DNA of 64,000 bases from Clostridia bacterium (GTDB lineage Bacteria; Bacillota; Clostridia; JAAYHZ01): contig JBMNIH010000003.1 in assembly GCA_050950825.1 (NCBI GenBank), forward strand, positions 333,117 to 397,116. The letters run 5' to 3'. The notes under the pieces were generated by a model. The model saw only the letters and a program-made list of their open reading frames with translations, was not told where the DNA came from and did no database searches. Both the position numbers and the translations under genes were made by a program. Every line of letters begins with the position of its first letter. Within the stretch, counting starts at the first letter, position 1. Shown piece by piece: positions 44,467-54,354 of the stretch.

Positions 44467-45777
44467 TTATTTGCCCTTTTGCATTTCGTCAACCGCTTCC
44501 AGTACCGCATCGGCCATATATACCAATTGGTCTTCGTTTAAGCCGTACAGCGGCAAGTGAGTAAAGCGTCTGTTGAATACTTCTTCGGTAACGGGGCAGG
44601 TTTCCGCAATGGCCGCTTGGTCGTAGCCCAATTCACGGACGATGTCAAAGTAGTACAAGGGTCCGAAGTGCGGAATATTCGTAACGCTCTTTTCGGACAG
44701 CTTCTGCTTCAACACTTGAACGTCTCCGCCGGCTTTGTCCGGATCGATTTGCAGCAGATAGAGGTGGAAAGAAGGTTTGATCTCATCATTACCCAAATCT
44801 TGCGGAATAATCGCCGGATTTTCGGCAAAGCGCTTGTTCAAGTATTCGGCGGCTTTTCTGCGTTCTTCCATAATCTTATCGTTACGAGCGATTTGAAGCT
44901 GCAGACCCAAAGCCTGAATTTCCGTGGTGGAGCAGTTGCCCGCTACGAAAGGACCGTATTTTCCTTTAATCGCTCTTACGTCATACAGCCAATTCTTAAT
45001 CTTTCTTGAAAAGTCCGCGCCTAAGAAACGAGCACGCTTCAATTCATCGCGGAATTCTTCGATATTGGTGGTCAGTATACCGCCTTCTCCGAAGGAGGTA
45101 ATATTTTTAACTTCGTGGAGGCTGAATGCGGTAAAGTCTCCGATGGTACCGACCTTCTTGCCCTTGTATTCGGCTCCGAATGCATGAGCGGCATCTTCGA
45201 GAACCGTAATGTCATGCTTTTTCGCCAATTCCAAAATAGGATCCATATCCACGGGATAACCGCCCAAATGAACCGGTACAATCATTTTCGTTCTCGGAGT
45301 GATTTTGCGAGCCACATCGGCAGGATCCATATTCAATGTTCTCGGATCCACATCGGCAAATACGACTTTCGCTCCTACTTCCAAAGGATAAGCCATGGTT
45401 GCGATAAAGGTAATGGCGGGAACAATCACTTCGTCTCCGGGTTTAAGATTTGCATACTTGAATGCAATCTCAAATCCTTCGGTACAGTTGGTCACAAACA
45501 AGCTGCCTTTTGATCCAAGATATTTGTCTACCATTTCTTCCGCTTTTTCTACCTGTGTTCCTAAAGACAATTTTCCCGGAGGAGAAGACACTTGGGTGAG
45601 TTTTTCCACTTCCTCGGCAATCTTGCCGAGGATTTTTTCATATTCTTCTCCCTCGCCTTGCGCAAGGAAGCGAATAACAGCCATCAAGTCCTGTGCATTG
45701 TAATTCTCACCTACTGCAGCCCAGGGTACACGAGTTGCTCCGGTATTGTATCGAAAATCCGACGCTTTTTTAACCAT
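44467..45777 (-). CDS. DegT/DnrJ/EryC1/StrS-family PLP-dependent aminotransferase
   Basis: Fold-type I sugar-aminotransferase-like motifs (FSLHEVKNITSFGEGG); ATG at 45777 with AAAGAGGTG RBS (track start is a GTG). Confidence 0.7.
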   Translation of the reverse strand: MVKKASDFRYNTGATRVPWAAVGENYNAQDLMAVIRFLAQGEGEEYEKILGKIAEEVEKLTQVSSPPGKLSLGTQVEKAEEMVDKYLGSKGSLFVTNCTEGFEIAFKYANLKPGDEVIVPAITFIATMAYPLEVGAKVVFADVDPRTLNMDPADVARKITPRTKMIVPVHLGGYPVDMDPILELAKKHDITVLEDAAHAFGAEYKGKKVGTIGDFTAFSLHEVKNITSFGEGGILTTNIEEFRDELKRARFLGADFSRKIKNWLYDVRAIKGKYGPFVAGNCSTTEIQALGLQLQIARNDKIMEERRKAAEYLNKRFAENPAIIPQDLGNDEIKPSFHLYLLQIDPDKAGGDVQVLKQKLSEKSVTNIPHFGPLYYFDIVRELGYDQAAIAETCPVTEEVFNRRFTHLPLYGLNEDQLVYMADAVLEAVDEMQKGK

Positions 45778-45845
45778 AATACGCACCTCTTTATATTTTT
45801 TTAAACCATTATTGATTTCGAAGTGAATAATTATTATAAATTATA

Positions 45846-46995
45846 TCAAGTTCGACATGAATAATCAAGTTTTATCCGTCGGTACGGACTTGGTCTGCCG
45901 GGTATCCTCCGTATTCCTCCACAAGGTAATTTGATACGTTTCCGCTCCGTTCCCGGCGGAACCTGATCTCCTGCCGATTGAACTAACATTGGGCTCGTTT
46001 TCCTAAGATCCGGCCATTCTCTTACATGCGCTATGAATTCCTTTTCCGGGGTTTGCGGCAGCCACTTTTCAGGAGATACGCCCCCGAAAAGAATAAGATT
46101 CTCTCCCGCTTGCATCCTGATTTGTAAAGGGGTTAAATCTCCGCAAGGAGCGGGAGTACATGCATCGGCCACATCCACGCCGGTTTTTGCCACAAGTCCT
46201 AATATTCCGTTCAATCGGCCGTCCAAATGAGAGGATACCGTTTTCCCTGCGGCATGAAGCCTTTCGGCAATATTTTTGTAATGCGAAAAGCTGTATTCCA
46301 TAAAGATATCCGGAGACTGAATATCCGAGGATAAATTGTCTCCGAAGAAAATGTGAGGTGCCGGAGATTTTGCATAGATATCCGTCAATTCCGGGTGCTT
46401 TTGGTTATAGATATCCACATACGCTTTAACGGCCTTAGGATCGTCGTAAAGAGCATATACGGTATTTTCTACCCCCATGTAATAGGATATGAGAGAGCCG
46501 AATCCCGTGTATCCCATGCTCGGAAAACCGAGGCCGACATCTTTGCCCGCTTCTTCAATCAAAGTCCAATTTTCATAACAAGGCTCGTATACTCGTCTTT
46601 ACACGGCATAGGTGAGAATTTTTAAATCCTCCAAGGACTCCACCATGCGTTTTTTTCACATCCCAAGAAAAGCTTATCGGATTCCATTTCCGTATCATTT
46701 GCAAGTTTCCGACGGGCGTGATGTATTCTTCGATCGCCAAGCCGTTACGGATGCCTTTTTCTCTTTTAACGCCGTCGATATAGGTTTCGCGGTGAAGCGA
46801 GCCTACTTCGATATACCACCCGGCTTTTACTTCCTTATGCAAAGCCAACATTCCTTGGGTTCGGTTGGAAATATTGAATAAATCCCACGGTTCCCCGGAT
46901 TGAGACCGATACCAATGTCCCAAATCGGCAAACCAAGGCACCCGATCCGGAGTCTCCCCCTTTAAAACCTTCATCAATCTTTCTCTTTCATTCAT
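45846..46995 (-). pseudogene. Uroporphyrinogen-decarboxylase (URO-D)-family protein, apparently disrupted by frameshifts
   Basis: N-terminal part 46573..46995 and C-terminal part 45846..46598 lie in different frames; a second apparent shift after ...DQVPPGT gives a more native-looking end (NVSNYLVEEYGGYPADQVRTDG) in the +1 frame. Confidence 0.6.
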
Positions 46996-47009
46996 AACAA
47001 AATTTCCTC

Positions 47010-48167
47010 TCACCGCAAAGCACGGCACTTTATTCTTGCATATTCAATCCGTGTATTGTTATGATTTTTTCCTGCATACCAATAAGCAAGAAGCTCCGAA
47101 TCGTTTAAACGAAGCAGCGAGGGATGTCCCACGGAAAACCGGTACATCTCCTTCCAAGCGTCTTGCATACTGACATTTTTACTGTCCTGCCCCGTTATTC
47201 GATAATCCAAGACGATTAACGACTCCTTGCACGGCTTCCCGTAACCGGGATAACACCGTACCGTGATCACGGGATTTAAGCTTCTGTCGATATCGATCGT
47301 AAAAAGACGGCCGTCAGGAAGTGAAGCGGGTATACCCGGCTGGCCGTAGATTCCGGTGTCGGTAAATTCGCTCCAAGTCCCCCCTCCGTCCAAGCTGATT
47401 TTGGAATGGATGTTTAAATACCGCTTCCTTTTCCCGTCCAGCGTCCGGAAATAATCGACGATGGATTTCCCGTCCGCCAATACATTCGGCCTTTGGTCCC
47501 AATAATACATATCCTGAACGTTAGTAACGATAACCGTATTTCCCCATGTTCTCCCTTGATTCTTCGAAAAGATCATGGCGGACCGATGCACCCATTTCGA
47601 CGGATCTCCAACGGCTTTGTTTACTTCAAAATGACATACAAGGGTTCCGTCTTTCAACCGAAAGGGAGGACCGGTCAACGGTACCGGCTCGTTGTCGGGC
47701 AAAACCTTCATCAAAAAGGGCTCGCACCAAGTTTCTCCGCCATCTTCCGAAAAACTGTAGTAAATCTTGGTATCCTTTAGGGTTTCCGTTTCCTCGTCAT
47801 AATAGGGCAAGGACAGGTTCGAGGCATCCGTCCAATTGAGGACCATCAGCACCCGATTTCCTCCTAAAGACAAAGGATATCCCGCACGGTATTGCCCGGG
47901 CACCTTGATTTCCTTCGGCAAAGGAATCGGTTCAAAAGGATCGGACCAGGTCTTTCCTTCGTCGTCGGACCGCATTAACATGCAATAAGTCGAATCATTA
48001 TCCTCCTTCGTTTTCGAAGCTTTGAAGGAAACCAACCATCTTCCGGAGGGTAGCTTTTCAATACAAGGGAAGGTAATGCTGTTAAATCTTTCGTCATGGA
48101 CGGGCTTCGGTATGACGCCTTTTTCGACGATTTCCATTTCCCCTTTCTGCATGCACCTTGTTTCCAT
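47010..48167 (-). CDS. Cytoplasmic BNR/Asp-box repeat beta-propeller protein (sialidase-like fold)
   Basis: Four Asp-box motifs (SDDEGKTW, SEDGGETW, SKNQGRTW, SLDGGGTW); no signal peptide; start set at METRC (ATG 48167, AAGGAG RBS). Confidence 0.7.
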   Translation of the reverse strand: METRCMQKGEMEIVEKGVIPKPVHDERFNSITFPCIEKLPSGRWLVSFKASKTKEDNDSTYCMLMRSDDEGKTWSDPFEPIPLPKEIKVPGQYRAGYPLSLGGNRVLMVLNWTDASNLSLPYYDEETETLKDTKIYYSFSEDGGETWCEPFLMKVLPDNEPVPLTGPPFRLKDGTLVCHFEVNKAVGDPSKWVHRSAMIFSKNQGRTWGNTVIVTNVQDMYYWDQRPNVLADGKSIVDYFRTLDGKRKRYLNIHSKISLDGGGTWSEFTDTGIYGQPGIPASLPDGRLFTIDIDRSLNPVITVRCYPGYGKPCKESLIVLDYRITGQDSKNVSMQDAWKEMYRFSVGHPSLLRLNDSELLAYWYAGKNHNNTRIEYARIKCRALR

Positions 48168-48178
48168 TAGCTTCTCCT

Positions 48179-49330
48179 TTATTTCATCAACCACTTTTCG
48201 TCAAAGACGGCAAAATCCAAATCGCTCGTGGCGGGATGCACCGCACGATAATGGCTGATACCTAATAAAATCCGTCCGTCTTCAAGCTGTATCATTCCGT
48301 GATTACTCAATTGGTTGGTACCGGTTTCATTGGCAATCATTTTCGGCTCGCTCCATGTACGTCCGCCGTCCTTCGATACGGTCGCCACAAGAGGATACCG
48401 GGGATGCTGCGTCGTTGAAGAAGCGTTGTTCCGGACCGCCAATAAATTTCCGCTTTGAAGTCTGATCATACGGGTTATGGATTCCGGTGCCGTTAAAGAA
48501 GAAGGCTCCGACCTGCTCCAGGTTTTACCTCCGTCTAAAGATACGGTTTGGTACACATAGCCGCCCTTGGTTCGAAACAAGCCGAGGATCCGATTCGGTT
48601 CGGTTTCGGCCAATTGTATTTCCATGACGCCTCTTAACGTATCCACGGTAATTTCTTCGCTTCTTGTCCAAGTTTGCCCGCCGTCGTCGGATAAAAGGCA
48701 TGCTCCCGTATAATGCTGCTTCGGATTATCCAAATCTCCTATACAATCCGGATCCAAGAACGTAAATGCCGCCACTATTCGACCGTTTTTTAGTTGGATC
48801 AGGCTGTCAATCCCGCCGTAAAACTTGGTGACCGGCAATTCCTTCCCTCCGGATACCCGGTCCCAAGGCAATTCTTCGCCCGCGTCAAAGGTATGACCTT
48901 TGTCTTCCGAACGGCGAATAAACAGGCGCGTGGTGCTTTGAAAATAGTTGCTGCCCTTAACTAAGCGGTGCAGCTTTTTGTCTACTTCGATGTGATGTCT
49001 TGTTCTTGTGTGCAGCATAATGGCCTTATCGGAATCGGAAAGGCGTAGCATATGGATAAAGCCCGGAACGCCGCCTAAATAATCGGCCATAAAAACTTGG
49101 GGGTCGGACCAAGTGACGCCGTAGTCTTCCGATACGGAATAAAGGACGACGCCGTTTCCGGAGCATTCGTCAAAATCATAGGCGTGCCAATACAAAAGTA
49201 CCTTCCCGTCTTCATACGAAAAAAAACTCGGACCTTGGTGATAGTCGCTGCCGATTCCCCCGCGAATAAATTGATAATAGGACAGTTCCCCGGGTTTATA
49301 GGGCATAGGCTTAATATCGGTAATTTTCAT
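48179..49330 (-). CDS. Cytoplasmic BNR/Asp-box repeat beta-propeller protein (sialidase-like fold), paralog
   Basis: Asp-boxes SEDYGVTW, SDDGGQTW, SLDGGKTW, SKDGGRTW; no signal peptide; GAGGAGG RBS. Confidence 0.7.
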   Translation of the reverse strand: MKITDIKPMPYKPGELSYYQFIRGGIGSDYHQGPSFFSYEDGKVLLYWHAYDFDECSGNGVVLYSVSEDYGVTWSDPQVFMADYLGGVPGFIHMLRLSDSDKAIMLHTRTRHHIEVDKKLHRLVKGSNYFQSTTRLFIRRSEDKGHTFDAGEELPWDRVSGGKELPVTKFYGGIDSLIQLKNGRIVAAFTFLDPDCIGDLDNPKQHYTGACLLSDDGGQTWTRSEEITVDTLRGVMEIQLAETEPNRILGLFRTKGGYVYQTVSLDGGKTWSRSEPSSLTAPESITRMIRLQSGNLLAVRNNASSTTQHPRYPLVATVSKDGGRTWSEPKMIANETGTNQLSNHGMIQLEDGRILLGISHYRAVHPATSDLDFAVFDEKWLMK

Positions 49331-49360
49331 GGGATCCTCCTCATAAAAAAATATGTTCTA

Positions 49361-51688
49361 CTACAGCAGCCTCTGAAAACCGGTATGGTGTACCGGTCCT
49401 TTCAACATGTTTTCAATCCGGTCTTCCGTGATACATTGGGATAGGATTTGAAAGACATCATCGACTGCATGCTCGTATAAGCTTAAGACATCTTCCGTGT
49501 GGGCTAGGGTAGTGCTGAATAGCGTCCCGGCTAAAAATCCTCTTTCCAGCATCAATTGGGTAAATAAGGTTTCCATCTCCCTTGTCTTCGGATGACGAAA
49601 AGAAAACTTGGCTAAACAAGGATAACCGCTGTCTAACGACAAAGGCAAACCGTGTTTCTCCCCGTATTTTTGCCATATAGCCATCACTTTTTCCCCGATT
49701 CGATTCACTCTGTTTGCCACATCCAATCGTTCCAACTTATTGATCGTGGCAAGAGCGGCGGCAGGACCGATGCCTTCCGTCCAATAAGTACTGGATATGA
49801 AAGAAAGATTCGCTCCTTCCATTGCTTCCTTCGTACCGATTACGGCCGCTATGGGATGACCGTTTCCAAGAGCTTTCGCAAAAATAGCCATATCCGGATT
49901 GACACCCAGTCCCAAATGAGAACCGCCGAAATTTCTTCGCCATCCGATGGTAATTTCGTCGAAAATCAATAAAATGCCTTTCTTTTTCGTTTCTTGGCGT
50001 ATGTACTCCAAATAACCTTCTTCCGGGTCATGATAGCGGCAAGGCTCCATAATGACGGCTGCAAGATCCTTGCCGTATGCGTCCATTACACGGTCAAAAG
50101 CCTTTTTGTCTCCATGCGTAAAGGTGACCGCCGTTCCTCTTAATTCCGTCGGCACCCCCAACGGGTCAAGTCCTTGCAAAAGATGTCCTTTTAAAGCATC
50201 CTCTTCTCTTAAATTCGCCGCCAAATACCAATCGTGCCATCCGTGGTAACCGGATATGGCGATTCCGGATCGATTCGTTGTTGCCCGGGCAATACGTACC
50301 GCGATGGCGCCGATTTCTCCCCCGCATCTTGCGAAACGAACTTTCTCGGCCCAAGGATGGATGGCGCATAATCGATCGGCCAATTCCACTTCATCGGGAG
50401 AGTTTAGGGTACACATGCTTCCCAATCGGATTCTTCGGATAACCGCATCGGAAACGTCCGGATCGTTATAGCCTAACAAACAGGTGCTGACACCGTTTAT
50501 GGACATGTCGTAATAATGTCGGCCGTCCAAGTCGATGATTTCACAGCCCCGTGCTTCTTTGTAATAGGCGGGCCATAAATCGGGAGCAAACATTTCGGGG
50601 CGTTTGCTTAAAAGCTGCACTCCTCCCGGGATGATTCTTTTTGCATGCTCATAAAATGTTTGTGTTTTGTTCTTTTTTTCATTTGGGGGATCAAGAAGAT
50701 TTATGGCGTTAGCGTAAAAAATGTTTTGAATGTCTTCGGAAGAAAGTCCGAAATAACCGGCGGCTTCTTTCAAGGCTCGCAAAGATTCCAAAGCCACAAT
50801 AGCAGGACTTTTACAGTTCTTCGCGTTTTCATAATCGCAGGTGTCGGGCTGCAGCCAGAAGAATCCGTCCCCTAACGTTACGCTTCGACCGATAATCTGT
50901 GATATGGGAAAATCGCTTCCCCATAAAAGTCGTGTCGGTCCGAATTCCTGCAAGATCGCCATAATCGGAGAAGCTTCGCAAATGCCGGACATATCAAACC
51001 AAACGTTTTGTATTCCTCTTAAAAAAGTAACTCCTTTACGGGTGTTAGGAGAATGAAATCCTCTTCCTGCATGGGCTAATATGAGTTTTACATGGGGATA
51101 ACGGCGGCATATATCTTGAATCATAGAAAGATTTTCATCATCCGCCAAGGCTTTGTCCTTAACGATATGAAGCGTTACAACAAAATTTTTACGATTCGCT
51201 TCTTCCCATACCCACTCCGGTACAAATGAATTTATAGATCCTTGGTCCTTCGGCTCATGATTCCCGTAGAAATAATAGGGTTTAAAGCCGCGAATACAAG
51301 GATGATCAAGATACTTTTCTATATACTCGGGCATTTCTTCGGTCATGGGAACCAACAGCAAGCCTCTGCTGTCCGGATTATCGTTTAACTCTTTGATAAG
51401 AAATTCATTGGCTTCCTCGATATCCGAAACCGGATAAGGCATGAAAAGCCCGCCTTGAAGATTTTTTCCGAATACGGATTTCATGCAGGATTGCCATATG
51501 GCGATACCGGTGTTTTCGGGACACCCGGCTAAAAAAATCGATTCGGGTACGGAATCAATGGAACGGCGGTACACATGGGCATGTACGTCAAAGATTTTTG
51601 CAGGAAAAAAGTCGATTAGATCTTCCAAAATCGCTTGGGGGTGAGGGTTACCGATACTTTCGGGATAAAAGCTGCATAGATTTTTCAT
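49361..51688 (-). CDS. Fusion protein: N-terminal amidohydrolase-2-type metal-dependent hydrolase domain plus C-terminal class III aminotransferase domain
   Basis: N-terminal FDVHAHVY ... LILAHAGRGFH ... WGSDFP resembles the amidohydrolase_2 metal site; the C-terminal ~430 aa resemble PLP class III (GSA-aminomutase-like) enzymes; start at MKNLC (ATG 51688, AGGAGA RBS). Confidence 0.65.
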   Translation of the reverse strand: MKNLCSFYPESIGNPHPQAILEDLIDFFPAKIFDVHAHVYRRSIDSVPESIFLAGCPENTGIAIWQSCMKSVFGKNLQGGLFMPYPVSDIEEANEFLIKELNDNPDSRGLLLVPMTEEMPEYIEKYLDHPCIRGFKPYYFYGNHEPKDQGSINSFVPEWVWEEANRKNFVVTLHIVKDKALADDENLSMIQDICRRYPHVKLILAHAGRGFHSPNTRKGVTFLRGIQNVWFDMSGICEASPIMAILQEFGPTRLLWGSDFPISQIIGRSVTLGDGFFWLQPDTCDYENAKNCKSPAIVALESLRALKEAAGYFGLSSEDIQNIFYANAINLLDPPNEKKNKTQTFYEHAKRIIPGGVQLLSKRPEMFAPDLWPAYYKEARGCEIIDLDGRHYYDMSINGVSTCLLGYNDPDVSDAVIRRIRLGSMCTLNSPDEVELADRLCAIHPWAEKVRFARCGGEIGAIAVRIARATTNRSGIAISGYHGWHDWYLAANLREEDALKGHLLQGLDPLGVPTELRGTAVTFTHGDKKAFDRVMDAYGKDLAAVIMEPCRYHDPEEGYLEYIRQETKKKGILLIFDEITIGWRRNFGGSHLGLGVNPDMAIFAKALGNGHPIAAVIGTKEAMEGANLSFISSTYWTEGIGPAAALATINKLERLDVANRVNRIGEKVMAIWQKYGEKHGLPLSLDSGYPCLAKFSFRHPKTREMETLFTQLMLERGFLAGTLFSTTLAHTEDVLSLYEHAVDDVFQILSQCITEDRIENMLKGPVHHTGFQRLL

Positions 51689-51822
51689 AAACCTATCTCC
51701 TAACCGTCGAAGTAAGTTCATAAGACAATATCGACATCTCTATCTTTCCAAGAAGTCCGTTTCGTTGTCAAGACGAAACGGACTTCTTTTACAACTTTAT
51801 TTTACATCTGTCTAAATTGTAA

Positions 51823-53661
51823 CTAATTTGCGTCTCTGTATTCTTTAAACGTTTTTATATCGCTGCCGTTCCAAATCTCAACCCATTCCTCCAATCCTGC
51901 AGCATAAAGCCGGTCGATATATTGCTCCCATTCGGTGTTGATATTGGCAATTTGTCCGCTCCATACCCTGGATGAGAATTCGTTATGAACGGTTGATATT
52001 TGATCAATGGTTTCTTCTCGCAGTTCTTTGAATTCTTCATATCGATCCGCAGGCATGGTAAAGGCGTTATAGAACTTCTCCGGTCGCAGCCACAGCTTCT
52101 CGTTGTAATACCCTCCGTGTTTTTCCCAGTAGTCGATGAATTGAACACAATGAGCATCGAAGTTGTAAACGACCTTGATATCGGTTATAAAATTGTTGTT
52201 GCCGAATTGGCCGAAGGTTTTCGTGCCCTTACCTGCATATTTTGCAGGTATCTTATCGGCTTCCGTAAAAATAACCGGGCTTTTAAAGGGCTCGCTGTAC
52301 CATTTGTAGTGAACGCCTTCGATTCCCCATTTATACCGCAGCCAATCTTCACCAAAGTACGCATACTCCAGTAATTGGAACAAACGAATCATTTTTTCAT
52401 CCGAGATATTGCCTACTGTATAACACCTCTCATCCCAATTAAAGGGAGTGTAAGGTAAGTATTTGCCGCTGCCCGGACAGGGGGTAATAACAAAGGTCGC
52501 ATCCGGATCGGTATTGTCAAGAATATTTGCCGGCGGCCATTGGTCCCCGTCTCCGTATCCCAAACCTAAGACTCTAGGAGCGCCTAATGTGTTCATAAAA
52601 CCGGTTTTTGCCGTATTCCATATACCTCGAAGCTCCAGCCAATAATCCATTTCGCCCGGCACAAACCGCATATATCCTTTGTCAATCATCTCGGTTAAAA
52701 AGACCAAGCTGTCACGATACGGAGCGTATGCTATGTAGGGAACATAATCTCCGGTAATTGGATCCTTGTAAAAATGGTTCATGTCTTTTGTAAAACCGAA
52801 CATAACGTAAGAAAGATAGCAGTCATACCACGAGTTGGCAAAACCGGATCCGAACGTATCGTCTACCCCGTTTCCGTCGGGATCGTCCTCCGTAAAGCCT
52901 CTTAAAATTTCTCGTACGTCATCTTCCGTAAACACGGTGGTAGAGTAATATACTCTTTCATTCCATGCCTCGGGTTTAATAACGCTGATCATAGGCTCCA
53001 GGTTCTCGAGTGTGTAGCCGAGAGTTTCCAGCCAATCCAAACGCCACATCGGTACGAAACCGTCTACATACGCCGAGCTTGTATTCATACTTATGCCGTA
53101 ATACTCGTCTTCCGTTCCTTCTACCAAGTTAAACTTAAAACCTAAAGGCTCGTCCACAAGCATTTTGTAATAACTTGGTAAATACTGTCGAATCATGTCC
53201 AAAGGTATGGTTCGTCCAAGTCCGTTTTCATACAAGTATTTTCCCGAGGTATAGTAGAACCCCCAGTCCGGAACGTCTCCTGCGGCCAGCATCATCTGTA
53301 CTTGCTCCATGTTGCTCGAATCAATCAGGATGTTCCACATTTTCAAGTCCACATTGAACTTTTCTTCGAGCTCCAACTCATCCCATCGGCCTTCCTCATA
53401 CAGATGGGATGAATAGGTACCTACCAGCCAGTTAATTACCATTTTTTCTGCAAAAGGATTGGCATCCGCCGTCGTTGTTTCCGCTTTTGTCGTTGTTGTC
53501 TGCGCCTTTGTTGTTGTCTGCTTTGCGGAAGCGGTTGTTACGACCGTATCTTCCGGCGATGTTTCAACAACCTCGGAGGTTCCGGAGCATGCCGCCATAC
53601 TGAAAATGATGGCAAGCAACAGTAAGAACGATAAAGACTTCTTAACCGAATTCATCTTCAT
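51823..53661 (-). CDS. Large extracellular solute-binding lipoprotein (paralog of 6673..8520)
   Basis: Lipobox IIFSMAAC, Thr-rich linker, shared blocks with the other binding protein (EEGRWDELELEEKFNVDL vs RDGRWDELELEEMFNVDL). Confidence 0.75.
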   Translation of the reverse strand: MKMNSVKKSLSFLLLLAIIFSMAACSGTSEVVETSPEDTVVTTASAKQTTTKAQTTTTKAETTTADANPFAEKMVINWLVGTYSSHLYEEGRWDELELEEKFNVDLKMWNILIDSSNMEQVQMMLAAGDVPDWGFYYTSGKYLYENGLGRTIPLDMIRQYLPSYYKMLVDEPLGFKFNLVEGTEDEYYGISMNTSSAYVDGFVPMWRLDWLETLGYTLENLEPMISVIKPEAWNERVYYSTTVFTEDDVREILRGFTEDDPDGNGVDDTFGSGFANSWYDCYLSYVMFGFTKDMNHFYKDPITGDYVPYIAYAPYRDSLVFLTEMIDKGYMRFVPGEMDYWLELRGIWNTAKTGFMNTLGAPRVLGLGYGDGDQWPPANILDNTDPDATFVITPCPGSGKYLPYTPFNWDERCYTVGNISDEKMIRLFQLLEYAYFGEDWLRYKWGIEGVHYKWYSEPFKSPVIFTEADKIPAKYAGKGTKTFGQFGNNNFITDIKVVYNFDAHCVQFIDYWEKHGGYYNEKLWLRPEKFYNAFTMPADRYEEFKELREETIDQISTVHNEFSSRVWSGQIANINTEWEQYIDRLYAAGLEEWVEIWNGSDIKTFKEYRDAN

Positions 53662-53876
53662 TTCCCCCTTTTTAAACAAACAACCTATTTTGAATATTTT
53701 GCTTTTCTTATACTGTAATTGATTAAAGCTCATTATGAAATGGTAGAATAAGACAGTTTATTCAGATTCATGTCCTATTTTAACTAAATTATTAATGTTA
53801 TATATTTTTACTATTTGCTATTTATGATAAAATAATATTGCCTGTTAGCGAAGAAAGAAGGGACGGATTCCAAATC

Positions 53877-54146
53877 ATGATTATCAATGGAAATCCAATC
53901 ATTTCGGATTCTATCTTAAAATTTTCGGATAGCGAAATTCATGTGGATATCGAGGGAATTCGTTTTTATATACTTTTAGACAGAAATTTTTTCAGCAGAA
54001 AACACATTTTATCCTTCCTTCGGCACAAGCACGGAGCTATTGAAATCTTCTTTGTTCGCGACGGTCAAGGGGAAATGAGCATCGGTAATAAAACATATGA
54101 GCTGTCGAAAAATAGAATCTATATCGTCAATAAGTGTTTACGCTGA
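53877..54146 (+). pseudogene. AraC-family regulator, N-terminal fragment truncated by an insertion element
   Basis: Frame ends 13 nt inside the insertion; joins in frame to 57296..57944 if the element and one duplication copy are removed. Confidence 0.7.
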
Positions 54147-54354
54147 GTTAAAATGTCCAAAAACTGATGGAATTGCCTGTCCAGATATTGCTGGTATATA
54201 ATGGCCATATACATTCTATAGAAAGAAAAAAGCGTCCTTGTTTCAATGTGATACTGTTACAGCAGTAGCACCAAGGACGTCCCCAAACTATGATCATTAT
54301 ATCAAAATATGAACTAGAAGAAAAGGCAGAAGAACAAGTTTTTATGTAAGAAGT

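Noticed and set aside
53838-53876. Track-listed upstream start for the AraC N-terminal fragment and similar first-in-frame starts for several other genes
   Set aside because: Several track starts are TTG or GTG codons with no RBS; internal ATG or TTG codons with good Shine-Dalgarno spacing were preferred (rplJ, secE, rplL, rplK, pyrG, ddl, proS, carD and others)
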